Part shown: positions 48,290 through 60,940 of the stretch, piece by piece
How the letters are laid out: every line of letters starts with the position of its first letter
Position numbering within the stretch: the stretch's first letter is position 1
Source of the DNA: Octopus sinensis
Lineage: Eukaryota
Assembly (NCBI RefSeq): GCF_006345805.1
Contig: NW_021826031.1
Location: 1-64,000 of the forward strand
Length of the DNA stretch: 64,000 nucleotides
Reading direction: 5' to 3'
Made by a program: the position numbers and the translations under genes
The notes under the pieces: model-generated
The model's input: only the letters and a program-made list of their open reading frames with translations
The model's database searches: none
What the model was told of the DNA's origin: nothing

Positions 48290-49604
48290 CTAGACTAGTT
48301 CGGAGGCTATGATAGAGTGACAAAAGTACCGTCCATGGGCATTTCGGTGATCTCGGTGGAGTAGAACTGTTCAATGTCACGGAGAATGATCATTTCGTCG
48401 TTGGTGACAAAATTAATGGACAATCCCTTTCGGCCGAACCGCCCAGCCCTCCCAATGCGGTGAATATAAGTTTCCCTGGACTGAGGAAGGTCGTAGTTGA
48501 CGACCAACGAGATCTGCTGAATGTCCAACCCCCGAGACCACAAATCGGTGGAGACCAGCACTCGGGTCTCCAAACAACGGAAGGACTTCATCAGTTCCTC
48601 TCTCTCCTTCTGGGGAGTGTCCCCGTGCATGTACGTCACCGCAAAGTTGTTTTTGACGAGTTTGTCGGCCAACCACTCAACCTGGCATGAGGAGGGGGGT
48701 CACCTTGGCCCGGGAGTTGCAGAAGATGACAGCCTGGGAGACGATGAGTGTGTCGTAAATGTCGATGAGGTGTCGAACTTGCACGGCTCGTTGCCCACGT
48801 TGATGAAGTACTGGGATATCTCGTCCAGAGTCAGTTCGTCTCTCTTGACCAGAATACGGAGAGGGTTGGTCATGAACTTGCAGGTCAGGTGAAGCACATC
48901 GGGCAGCATAGTGGCCGACACAATGACCACCTGTGTCTGTGGTGGCAGAGACCGGTATATCTCGTATATTTGCGGCTTAAAGTCTGGGAGGTCAGCAGAG
49001 GACATACTATCACTCAACATCTGGTCGGCCTCGTCAATAACGAACAACTTGAGAGCAGACGTGTTCAAATACCCGCGGGTGATCATGTCTGAATGAACAC
49101 ACCCCCTACCTATCACTCTCCCCGGAGTCCCCGACACAATGTGCTGTCCTTCCCCGAACTTGCGAATGTCCTCCCCGATGGACGTCCCCCCAATGCAGGC
49201 GTGGGCACGCAGATTCTTGTAGGAGCCGAGTGCCAGACACACCTGGAATGATGACACACTCACTCGCTGGATTTGTTGTGCCAATTCCCGTGTGGGGGAG
49301 AGAACGATGACTTGGGGGTCCTTGAACTTGATGTCCACGCAGTTGACAGCCCCAATGCAGAAGGCGGATGTCTTGCCCGTCCCCGATTGAGCTCTACGAT
49401 GGAGGGGTGGGTGTACTGGGCTATTATGTCTCTCCCCGCTATCATCGAGTGAATGAGGCCTTTCTGCACTGTGGAGGGCTTATCCATTCCGTATGCATAT
49501 ATTCCTCGCAGGATTTGAGGGTTTATGTTCATTTTGTCAAACGTCTGGACGAATACCACATCTTCGCTCGTTTCAAAAATATCCTCAGTCTTGTTAAAAC
49601 TCAT
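48290..49604 (-). CDS. EIF4A3: DEAD-box helicase eIF4A-III-like (one apparent 1-bp deletion near 48773)
   Basis: N-terminal [53 protein letters not shown]. Confidence 0.85.
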
Positions 49605-49963
49605 CTAATTGTCAATCAATTCATTAATTATTGAAATGTTAATATGACAGTACATACCACAAGGAAGAATCACACCAGGTTGCTGATATTTTTATTATTA
49701 TTTACATTTCATAATTAATTTAATTAAACCTATGTTTTAAAGTTGAATTAATCTTTAATCAAAAATGTAATATTTTTGCAACTAGAGTGAATACCCAAAA
49801 ACTGGTAGCACAAATTATCAATTTGTTTAATGGCCGTCTAAAAGGTGTGTCCGCCAATCACGCACTTTTAATGACGTGAACACATGGACGACTAAACTAG
49901 CTCTGTCTAATCAAACACAGACGACTACTACATTCCAACAAGTACAATTAATAAAGTAACAAA

Positions 49964-50334
49964 TCATTTAGTCCAGCTGACCTTCTGGATATCAAAATGC
50001 TCACTCAGCGAGTCGAGGTACTCATTAAATTCTTTCACTTTCTGTCTGTGCGATTTTATGCCAGTCTTCCCCAGTCTCTCAATCTCCTGACAGTTGATCA
50101 AACGTGGGCTACCCTCAGCACTTGTGCTTCTGCAAACTTCTTTTCTGATTTGGTTCGACCATCCACTTTGGTCAATGATGAAGTGACCTGCACTGAAGTA
50201 TCATTTATATCATTTTTTGTTGGCTTTGTCACACTACAGACATTCTGATTTATTATGTACCATTTCTTCTTATCTTTTCCTTTAAATTTTAGTTTTTTCC
50301 TCTCAATATAGTCGTACTCTGACAACTCGTCCAT
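49964..50334 (-). CDS. FAM32A: FAM32A-like small nuclear protein
   Basis: KLKFKG..KKK; C-terminus SHRQKVKEFNEYLDSLSEHFDIQKVSWTK*. Confidence 0.93.
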
Positions 50335-50391
50335 TCCCCACAAAAATAACTTGTTTAAATATTGATTGATTTAGTAAATTATAAAAATAAA

Positions 50392-51884
50392 TCAAAAAGA
50401 TAATTTATATTGTTCATAGATGGGGTCAGTGCGAACGTCGAGGACAATTTTGTGAGCACAGGAATGGATGACTTGCATCAAGTGGCGTCGTGTAATTCCA
50501 CAACAATGCACAATTTCCTCGAAATGGTGTTGTCCGTCAAAATACTGAAAATAACTGGAATAAAGGAAAAGCAGACCTGTGCTCGAATGGGCCGTCCTGG
50601 AAGTAGAAGTAGTAGCGGTGGAGTTGGATGACCACGTCGTAGCGAATAAGCCACTCGAGCATGGATTCCAATCCGCACTAGGACATGACCCCTCCACTAC
50701 TTGACGGACTTGCCTTCCCAACATTTCCCTCACCTGGCAAAGTGGGACTGCAGCCGGCAGTTTGTTCAGAATCCACATGAGCGAGTACTTCGGGAACTTC
50801 CGACTGAACCTATTCTGGATCACGTGGAGCTCCGATTTGTTTAATTTGCCCGACTTTTTGTACATGGAATGGCCACAGATGGGGAAGATGAGGGCTGCGT
50901 GACCCCAGTAGAGGAGGTAGGTGGCCATCGACATGACCTGCCACCTGACAGTCGGCCAACCTTGTCGAGACGGACCCCCATCCGTGCGGACATTTCCTGT
51001 AGGGAGAGGGTGGTGGAGTGTACTCGCAGAAGGGGAACGAATCCGTGAATGTTGTGTCGGAGGAGGAGGGAGTGGTATGGCCTGATTGCCCGGTCGATTG
51101 TGGGGGAGGCGGGGAACACTCGCAGTTGATGTTCCCCCAACGACAAACACAGTCTCGTGCTTTCCCCGATCACCAAGTCCAACTCAGTGCATGTCTTCAG
51201 TCTACACCCTCCCAAAGAGCCACAACTGAGAATAGACGTCAAAGTACAGTTTAGCGAGACAACTGGCATCGACGGCCTCCTGGAAGTATTGGTTGAGTGT
51301 GTCCGGCTTGACTAATCAGGACAGCCCACCTCGGCAATGTAATTCCCTGTCTCGTATATTTCCAGCATTGTGCCCAACTCCCGAGTGAGCAGGCCACACC
51401 TCTCCTCTTCCCGGAGAAGAACGAGACAGACCTCCTTCAGAAGGGCCCCCAGGAAGTTGAAGATAGGGATGTCGACGTGACTCTACAGACTGAGAAGAGG
51501 GTGAACTGATGTGCAGATGAGAGTGTTGATGTAGTCGTGTCCTCCGCACTGATTCCCGCAAATGAAGCAGCGATCAGTCTCCAACACGATTGGGGACCCG
51601 ACGTATCGGACATTCCCAAATTGGAGGTCGAATGTCTCCTCTTTCATCATTTTTTGTTTTGTTAGAATCCCTGCCTCCAGCAGACAACGAATTCTGTCAA
51701 TTCGACTGCTGATTTACTTTTCCAGTTGGTCTGATTCCACAACCGAATATTCTGAGGAGGATCTGTGTGGTGACCTGTTGGTGTCTGACGAGTCGAATGG
51801 GCAGTTGAGGAGAATGTAGTCTCCGTGAGAGTTGGAAAGTACGACAGTCAAGGACAGTATTTGGTCAGGTTGTATGTCGCACAT
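50392..51884 (-). CDS. NPRL3: GATOR1 subunit NPRL3
   Basis: FDLQFGNVRYVGSP, EERCGLLTRE, AIRPYHSLLL, LLYWGHA.LIFPIC, YFDGQHHFEEI. Confidence 0.92.
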
Positions 51885-52049
51885 GTCGCTATTACTTAGT
51901 TTCAATAACTCGCAAGTTTACTGATTTTGATATTATTCAAATAATTAAACTAAATTGATTTCTGTCTTTGGTCGTCTATCTCCAGTCCAGATTCGGTTTC
52001 CATGTCAGGCATAGAAACAGATAGAAAATTTATGTTTTTCCCCACTCGC

Positions 52050-52480
52050 ATGCATTGTCATCCCAATCACAACCGATTATGTCTTAATCATTTTCTATTT
52101 TGAGACAATTCCGTCCCATCAAGACAGGATCTCATTTTTGAACTATTCCTTGTTTCAACTAATGTTGTTGATTCTCGTCTTATAGAGATTGTTATTTTCA
52201 GTTTTAATTGTTGTGCTCACTCGCACATCAAACTGGACTGAGTGCGTTGTGCTTCTTGGTCTTCCTAATTGTGTCGTGTGAAATTATAACTAGTGTGCAT
52301 TCTGCCACATTTTATAGTAAGATGGTCAACTGTCTCTTTATTGATTTACAATTATCGAATAACAAATTCGGTTTAGCGTAAATACAGCATTCCTCAGTTA
52401 AAGGAGAGCTATTTCCGCGTATTAGTCACCCTCCAGATTCAAATTTAAGTCCGTATTTTCTACACTCTGAATTGTCGGTT
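52050..52480 (-). mobile_element. Highly degenerate REL-type (R4/HERO-like) non-LTR remnant
   Basis: ETVDHLTIKCG..YNFTRHN...WD pattern with many stop codons. Confidence 0.5.
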
Positions 52481-52584
52481 TATTTTCATTTTCTTCTAGC
52501 AGATCTCCTTCCGTCCTTTGGATGCCTATCTCTTTTCATTGCCAATGTTTCAATAGACAAAATCGACAATGTAGAATTGCTTTG

Positions 52585-53902
52585 CTAATTGAAGAGTTGC
52601 TTCCTTACTTGATTCACCATGATGGTGTTCACTGCAGGTTCACTCAGGCACTTGAATAGCACAGAATGGGTCGACTTGTCGTTGATGCGTTCTAGCAAAA
52701 ATTTATTTGTATTTCTTTGGCAGCTTCGAGGTTTACACCCAAGGGAATCCTTAATTCTGAACGACATGTTCTACCACCGTGGATCCACGGCATCCTACAG
52801 AATCTGACTTTGGCCACATTCACTACTCATTCACATTGTATTGGATATGGCTGTATTCGAGAGGTCTGTTGGGGTGATTGGAAACTGTTTTTGCTCATTC
52901 GGATTGTCTCGGTATTTGCCTGTGATATTCTCCTATAGTTGAGATCATATATAAAAACATTAATTTATTGTCGAGAAATTAACTGTGTAATAACAGAAAT
53001 GAGAGAAATAAAAGCATAAGTCAAAACAGGCCAATCGGACACTCTGCAAAGGGAATTGTGAATTGTCTCAATCAAACGCCTACATTGAACTATTTCAAAG
53101 TCTTGAAGAGAAAGTCTCAAAGTAATTCTGTCTCCAAGAGATGTGACAGTTCGATTGAGTAGCCACCCGATATTGTCGTAGACTTGTCCACTCATGTCAT
53201 TAATCAGACAGACAGACACGACAGCCATTGCTAGTGATATGCTTGTGACTGAACTCAGAGAATACAAAATAGACCGATACACACACGTTTCACCAGTCTG
53301 TCCATAATTTAGTGATATATACAGTCCGTGCTGATAAAAGTCTTTCAACTGCAAATTGGATTACTTGTAGAATGCCATTGGACACAGTGGGGGATGGAGA
53401 CAGGGATGCTAGGGAGTTGAGGGCGGGGATGCCTGCTGTTTGAACTAGGCCTAATTCTGACAATAATACAATTGGAATCACCATATAAATCTAAACGGCC
53501 GATGGTCTGACAAAACTGGCCTATCACTGCTATTAATTGACTTTCTGAGGTTTCTTTGAATCTCCTCACTACTTGTTGGAGTCTTATCACCGAGTATTGA
53601 CAGTCCAGCCTTTGTGGATTGGAATATGTATTATTAGGTGGGTCAGCGTGGTTGGATTCCTGTTTAAATGATTCTAATTCTATTTCTACTGCCTTGCATT
53701 TGAGTGACCAGTATGTGGACTGATTAATCACCCTACAGTAGCCTACAGTCCGGATTAACTTAAATCTCTGCAAATTAATGTAGTCTTCCATTGTGTCGTG
53801 CTCTGGTTTGGATTTTATTATATAAAGTGCGAGGGTTACTTTCCAACACATTGCTATCCGTTCTTCGAAACAGTCGAGATGTACACCACTTGATTCCTTC
53901 AT
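52585..53902 (-). CDS. Unidentified multi-exon protein (helical, partly hydrophobic)
   Basis: Long ORFs at 53345..53902, 53290..53484 and 52965..53354 separated by short gaps. Confidence 0.55.
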
Positions 53903-54225
53903 AACTTCCCGCTATAATTCAAATACTTTATTTACAAACACTTAAGCAAAGTTAATTATCACAAATAAAATAAACTCGTCGACACTAATTTGTAATCCTC
54001 TCCACAGTGTCGAAAAAAATCTTAATAATATTTCAAAAAAACACAATAAGAGATTTTCAGAAATTTTCAGAATTGTTCAATTAATTTTATTATTTTTGAA
54101 CAACTTTAATCACTTTTAAATTCATGTTTAAAATTAATATTAAATTAGTTAATTTCAAATAAAATTATTTCAGCGTGTTTGTTGTGTTTTGTATTCCTAA
54201 TTCTTTAGACCAATAATAACATCAC

Positions 54226-55980
54226 ATGCCTAAATTTTCAGATTTTAATCTCGATCTGCGAATATTAAAAGTGTCAAAATTGGTTGTTGTATTGACAGGG
54301 AATAGAAGACCTCGGATGGGCCGAGCCAACCCCAATCCAAGAAAAGATAATTTCATTTTGTGGTGAAGGAAGGGACATTGTGGCTCGAGCCTGCACTGGG
54401 TCAGGAAAGACAGGCGCATTCCTCCTCCCCATCATCCAATCAACCCTCTCCACAGTTGGCCACCCAAATCACCCCAAAGTGTCACTCTGATGACATAATC
54501 GGGATTGTTTTGTGCCCCACGAAGGAAATATCCCACCAAACACACAAATTCCTCAAGAAAATGTGCAAATATGCAGAAAGAGTGACCTCAGTCAACCTCT
54601 CGGACGACACAAGTGTGGAATCCCAGGAGTATGTCCTCGTCCCCTATTTAAGGTCGTTGCTGACGAACTACAAGCCGAATATAATAATATCGACATACAA
54701 GCCTCTACTCCACCATTTGCACTCCCAAAATATCCAAATCAACCAATCCTTCAGGATTTGGGCAATCGACGAGGCCGATCTGTGTCTGGCACTCCCACAC
54801 AGGAGAAGGAAGATCATAGAACTGAAGAACACGTATTTCAGAGACCCCCACCAGGTTATTCTGACCTCGGCCACGGTCGGCCGGGAGTCGTATCGACACT
54901 TTCCACTCAAAAACCCCGTGATTCTGAATTTGAATCGGTCTAATCTGCCACCCCCGTCCCAACTATCGCAATATGTCCTGAGTTGTGGGAATAAGGAGAA
55001 ATATCAAGTTCTGGTGGCCCTCCTGAAGCTGCGGATAATCAACGAGAGACTGCTAATCTTCCTCAATTCAGTAGAAAAGTGTTACAGGTCTGCATAACTC
55101 ATTACCCAAGACTGAAACTACTTTTGGAGCAGTTTGCCATTCGTAGTTGTGTGCTGAATGCTCAACTCCCCTTGGCCTGCAGGCAAGTCACGATTATTGA
55201 CGTGGCAGGATTAATGCTGTCGAACAATTCAACGAGAGAAAGTACGACATTGTCATTGCCTCGGGGGATTCCCTCAAGTTGGTGTCTGATTGTATTGGAG
55301 GGCGGGGAAGGAGGAGGAGTACAGCATGACCCGCGGGGTTGACTTCCTGGGGGTTGCCTACGTTCTCAATTTTGATTTCCCCCCTTCTTACACGTCCTAT
55401 GTCCATCGAGTGGGAAGGTACCCCATTGACACGAGTGTCAGAACTGCCCGGATGAATAGCAAAGGAGTGGCCGTCTCGTTTGTGTGTCCGAGGGAGATGG
55501 ACTTGCTCGAGGGAGTCACTGCGGAGATGGGGAGGGGGACTATTGTGCCCTACCCATTCAAAATGGAGGACATTTCCGGCTTTCGATACCGAGTTCTGTC
55601 CGCATTGGCAACCGTCACGAATTCGGCAGTGAAGGAGGCACGACTTGGGGAAATTAGAGCTGAGATTTTAAATTCAGAGAAGCTTACAGTTTTGTGTTTT
55701 GTGAGTGTAGAGTTTCTTGGAAGAAAGGAGTCGTGCTATGACCAAGTTGAGACACGACAAGCCATCGGGGAAGATGCCACCCAAAGTTAAGCATATGCCT
55801 GAATATATTCGTGAGTTTTGAATTATTATTTAGTCCCCTCCGGATATAAACACGTCAATCAAAAGAATATTTTTTCAAAGAAGAAAAGAAAAAGAAATGC
55901 GCATTTCCGTTCAGTATTCAGCTTTTCTTACGCACTAGAATAAAACCAATGTCCTTAAAACCTTGAAAATAACTAAATGA
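54226..55980 (+). CDS. DDX56: DEAD-box helicase DDX56/Dbp9
   Basis: FSDFNLDLRILK, PTPIQ, TGSGKT, CPTKE, DEAD, SAT, RGVDF, YVHRVGRTAR, FRYR..VKEARL.EI..EILNSEKL, LRHD, HMPEY. Confidence 0.95.
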
Positions 55981-56238
55981 TTTGTGTTTGTATTATAAAT
56001 TTTACTCATTTTTCTTTAAACCGCGGGACCTTTCTAGACAAAAATTATTTGGGATGACAATCTGATCTCTTTCGCTTTTGACAAAAACTGGTCTTATAGT
56101 TTTACTCTCGAGGATTTTACTGGAAACCAAACATTTGGGAAACGCACTCGGAGATGAAATTATTTGTGATACTATATGAGATCATGATTAGTTTATTGTT
56201 AAGACCGTGTTAATAATCAGTATTGCTAGTATGCTAAT

Positions 56239-56508
56239 TCAAATGTCACATTGTGCCAACAATAGCACGATTGTTGCTAGTTTAGAAGACAAAAATTATA
56301 CCTGTGTAGAATAAGGTGGGTAGTAAATTCAGAGCATGTCCTTTTATATCCACTTTTGTGCTATTCGTTGACTTTTCAGGTTCTTCAGTATTTGTGTTTT
56401 CAGATTTCGGAGATGTCATACTTCCAGATTTTGTCGTTTCAGTTTTATTTTCTGATTTTGTCTGAAAGACACAAATGGCTAAAATAAGGAGTTGGAGAAG
56501 GAATTCAT
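56239..56508 (-). CDS. Predicted 81-aa secreted/GPI-type Ser/Thr-rich glycopeptide (needs +1 nt after the ATG)
   Basis: Hydrophobic leader FLLQLLILAICVF, polar S/T/E/K core with NKT and NST sequons, hydrophobic tail; 25-nt intron at 56277-56301. Confidence 0.6.
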
Positions 56509-56794
56509 TTAATATGTCTTTTTTGTGTTTAATTATTTATATATTTACATCGAACTACAATATGTTGTTATTGATTGTATCTGCAATCTGTGTGTGAAAA
56601 CACAAGTTCAATTAAATCATTTTTCTTAATTGTCATAAATAATAGTATATTAAGTGTAAAAGCAGACGCCTATTAATTGAACAAAATGACTTAAGACATT
56701 TGATAAAAATTAGTTTCCATAGACCGGATGAAGTGCAGAGCAATTCGTTGTGGAGCTTCAACACAACCGCCATCAATAATAATACTGTACGTCA

Positions 56795-57254
56795 CTAAAG
56801 AAAATAAAAAACGGAAAAAAACAATAAAAATCATTTTTGCAAAAAATACAACATGTGAACAAATTATACAGTCTATAAAGACGGATTCCCGAAATAAGTG
56901 AGTCCATTCCTCACGTACTAGAGAATTGATGGAAACAATTTCAGATAATCAACTTGGCAGACTCGTCACATTCATCATGGCAGTGACCGTCGACAATATG
57001 TCACAGACTGATGCCAAGCTGGCGGCATACAACAAATATAAAAAAGACGAGGTAGTAGAAATATACGTATAAATACATTTCAGAATGTAAGTAAAGTCAA
57101 TTTGGATGACTTGGAGGAGCCCAAAGAGACCGTCTTCACCGATCTTCGGAGGTTTACCTTTGATTCCTCGGAAAGCAATTGGGAATCGCCCGACGACGAA
57201 AACAGCCAAGACAATACTTATTTTTAATGATAAAAATAAATGTTTGAATAACAA
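56795..57254 (-). CDS. Hypothetical membrane protein
   Basis: Several hydrophobic segments in ORF 56949..57254 plus a putative downstream exon; start uncertain. Confidence 0.25.
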
Positions 57255-57266
57255 ATATAAAACAGC

Positions 57267-58285
57267 CTATATGGACTCAAAATAAATGATTCTGAGAGCA
57301 AAAGAAATGTCGTCCTTCAATCGAGCAGCCGCCGCCCGAAAGCGACTCTCCAAAAGGGCGTCAAGAATGCACCCTTTGAGGATTTCGACTCGGTGACAGA
57401 TGATGGACACAGTGAATCCAAAGACGAGTCCTTTGGAAATGGCATACGACCCATCGGACGACACACCCATCGTGATGTGTTCTCCTGCCTTGGTCCCGAA
57501 GTGCAGAGCGTGTAAATGTCGGCACACACAGAGAGACTGGGAGGCAGCCAGTAGATGACTGTTCTGCTGGGTCATGTCCTAAAATAGACGAACAAATATA
57601 CTTTGTCCATATTCACTTCCCTCAGAGGATTGACGTTGGTTGAGTGAATGAGATCAGAGTGGGACCCCCAGAAGAACTAGGATTACACTTGTGGACACAC
57701 CTCTTCCGGTGGTTGGGCAATCCCCGAAAAATACTGCGGAGAAAACACAACCGAAATGTCACTCGAATCGAGGAAATCATTGCTGAAGTAGCGACACAAA
57801 TGAGCAGCCAGAAAGGAGTAGTCGCCGACAAAAACAAACTAATTAATCTCAATAAATAATAATATTCTTACTTTAGTGGGTTTGCTCGAATTTCTCTTTT
57901 CGGCACATTCGAAAACGCGGCATTGTTTGATGGTACTCCAAACAGCGTGGAAACGAGTTTTGGCATTTCCAACAGTGAGGGGGAACACTACGTAGTCCAC
58001 ATCCCCTGAGAACGCCGTTTTCCATTCCGAGGTGATTGTCAGCCCTACGACAGTGAGGGATTCCACACACTTTCCAGACGAGGGTAGACCGAGTCGAGTA
58101 TGTCCATCGCCACCCCTTTAAGCAGTTCGTGTAAATTCGGGTTTTCGTATATTGTTAGATCAATTAGCTAAATAAAGTTGTCGTAATAGTACAAAGTCTT
58201 CAAAGGCGCAACCGACAAGAATGCTTTGAATTATATAATAAGATAGACGAGAACACCCTCCAGTGACAGTCACCTTTAAGATCAT
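57267..58285 (-). CDS. Cytosolic-type malate dehydrogenase-like protein, strongly degenerate
   Basis: KVTVTGG..LSY.I, LLKGVAMDILD..YP.L, FFWGSHS, HFGTKAGEHITMGVSSDG.SY; collinear with MDH1. Confidence 0.8.
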
Positions 58286-58339
58286 TTCTATATTGTCAAA
58301 CTAACGATGAATACCGCTGAGATCCACGTAATAATATTT

Positions 58340-60850
58340 TTTATTAATTTAAATTTTTTAGTATATTATTATATTTTTTATAAACAAATTAATTATGCGC
58401 ATTTATTCATTCACCCCAATATAAATGAATACTGCTACTTTTCTGAAATCATGGTCTACCTGCACTGCACCAATCTCCTACAGTTCTGGCATGTTCGTGG
58501 CCCATGTTCTATCGAGTATTTTTTCACCACGGTCTGTGCTAGCATGCTGTAACTGAGTTTTAAACATTACCAGAGAAAGCGTCCGAAAAAGTTAATACGC
58601 TCAATCCTGGATAAGAAAATTCTACGGAGATTACTTGGTTGTATATTTTCTTGATATAGACTGTGAGTGGAACGGGCTCTTTTTTAAAATCACTTTCCAA
58701 ATATTTCATAGACCTTTGACTAGTACATTGGCAAGTACTTCCTCCACATGACTTGAGGAGATCATAGTCGACAAACACTCCAAGAATCTTTTGTGCATGC
58801 ATATGCACTTTTTTAATAAATAACTTGAATCCCCTGTTTGTAAATAAGGTCAAAGAGTCTAATAAAGAGAAAATTAGCATAGGGGCAAACAGTTGCAAGC
58901 AATATCCTTCTGTATTGAAATAATTCTTGAACAGATAGTGCACTAAATAGCTCAATTAATAATAGTCTTGAGCGCGGTGATGAAATTTTGGAAGATTGTT
59001 TGATAAAGTCCTTAATGAGCGTAAAAGGGACGTTCTCGCAGGATCTTAACGTTGCACGCCCGTGCTTGCAGAGTGTCGCCATTTCGGAGAAGCTTCAATC
59101 CGCTGATAGTTTATGCCCGTTGTTTGATGTTTCGAAAATACATCTAAGCTTGTTGAAAGTATTGTGCTCTCTTAGTTTGTAATTTATGTAAATTAAGTAA
59201 GCTACCTAATAAGGAACTTAAATTAAGCATTATCTGAGGAAAACATGATAACTAGGGCAACCAAAAAATTGCACTTTTTAATAAAAAAAATTGCAAAAAT
59301 GAATTTTAAAAATTGTAAAAAATTGCAAAAATAATTTTTTTTAATTGTAAACATTACATTATGCAAAAAATTAACGAAATTATTTATTGTAATAGGAAAT
59401 CAAATATTCCTGAACATTTTCAGGTTTAAAGTTCCTCTCTTTACTAAGAATTTTCGTCAAAAGAGATATTGCCCTTTCGATAGATGCTGAACTTGCGCTA
59501 CATTTTCTGAGATGTGAATAAACTTCTGGCGATAGATTCTTATTTGAGAATTCAAGAATACTTAGTATTCCTGATTTCTCAAGCTTTTTTGATATATAGG
59601 ATTTTATGTCGCATGGATCTGATGTAAAGTCTAGGGTGTTTAGATCACCATAAGCTGTTGCAATGGAGTATATATACCACTGGTCATATATCTCGCCCCA
59701 TCTGTAACGAATAATATAAAATTTTCACGTTCAATAGAAAATTTCTTTATTACTTTGTCCACCTCAACACAAATTGTTGAAGTAGTAGGCGGATATATAG
59801 ATTGGTACACGATACTAAATGAAGATTTTTTGGAGTGGAGATTTTCCCAATCAAAGTAATTAAAAAACGAGTTCCATTGATTTGGGCTTCATCACAAACA
59901 AAAAAAACACATTCCCCACTATTGAATAACTTAAAAAAAACAACAGTAAATGAGTCTGAATGGTATTAATTTTATATTTTGATATTTCTTTAACATTTAA
60001 CCTGCAAGATGATTCAGATGGCAAAGGATATGTTTCCTGCTCAAAAAGCCGTATGAGGGAAGGATGTCTGATTTTATAAATTGGTATGTTTGCCTCCAAA
60101 AACGCTTGTGTTACTTTGATCCCCCAATCCTTTCGAGTATCCGTTATCGCCGAAAGAAATGTTTGTGAACTCTGAGATGAATTTGTCCATTCTATAAATT
60201 TAAATTCAAAGAAATACTGTGTGCTTTTAAATGTTTTTTTGAAGAACGGTGCGCATCAATAAAAAATTTTGTGTCACACCGTACAACAGTTGAGCAATTG
60301 GAGCAAAATAAATTCCCTTCACTGTCAATAACAAACTCGGGGAATTTCTTTGCATAAAATGAAATTTTCTGTGACACTGTCCTTTTACCCATTACAACAA
60401 ACAACTAAAACACGTTTTAATAATCTTTTACTTATAATTATATTATTTTTTAATAAAAAAATTTTTTTTTTAATTTAAAAAAATTGCAAAAAATTGTAAA
60501 ATGACTACAAAAAATTGCAAAAAATTGCAAATTTAAATCGAATAAAAATATAATTAAAATTAATGTCTATTCATTACTTTATTATTTATCGAATTTTAAT
60601 TAAATTATATTTAATTGCAAAAAAATGCAATTGGTTGCTCTAATGATAACTTTAAGATATAGTGCACTATAAACATATTCGAATTCTTTGGTAGCCAAAG
60701 AAAACAACACTTGTGCACTAACTGAGCATATTTTTCTGTGACTATTACATACTAGGGTTAATTGTATTTATCTATAAAACTCAAAATTCGATGTAAAAAT
60801 AATTTTGTTAATCCAGGAATTCAGAAGGAGTGATTCCTCCTTTCAATCAA
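58340..60850 (-). CDS. Unidentified AT-rich multi-exon gene, apparently interrupted by the hAT at 59253-60642
   Basis: ORFs at 58560..58955 and 58813..59082; removing the element and one TSD restores an open frame across the site. Confidence 0.35.
59253..60642 (-). mobile_element. Internally deleted hAT of the same superfamily as 6553-8329, 1390 bp
   Basis: TIR tagggcaaccaa/ttggttgctcta with 8-bp TSD atgataac (59245-59252, 60643-60650). CSNC..HRSSKKH finger, FVCDE, VTDGARYM; subterminal aaaaattgca repeats; introns at 60192-60217, 59919-59944 and 59655-59677. Confidence 0.93.
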
Positions 60851-60940
60851 CTTGTTATGTTAAATGAAATGATATTATTTAATTATAAAGATTAATTATA
60901 AATATATAATAATACAAATTTCCTGTTGTTTGAGTTAAAA

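Noticed and set aside
58340-60850. Neurofibromin (NF1) N-terminal similarity (SAQVLFSL versus SASGVLFSL)
   Set aside because: Only a short motif matches, that frame closes soon after, and the gene is far too small.
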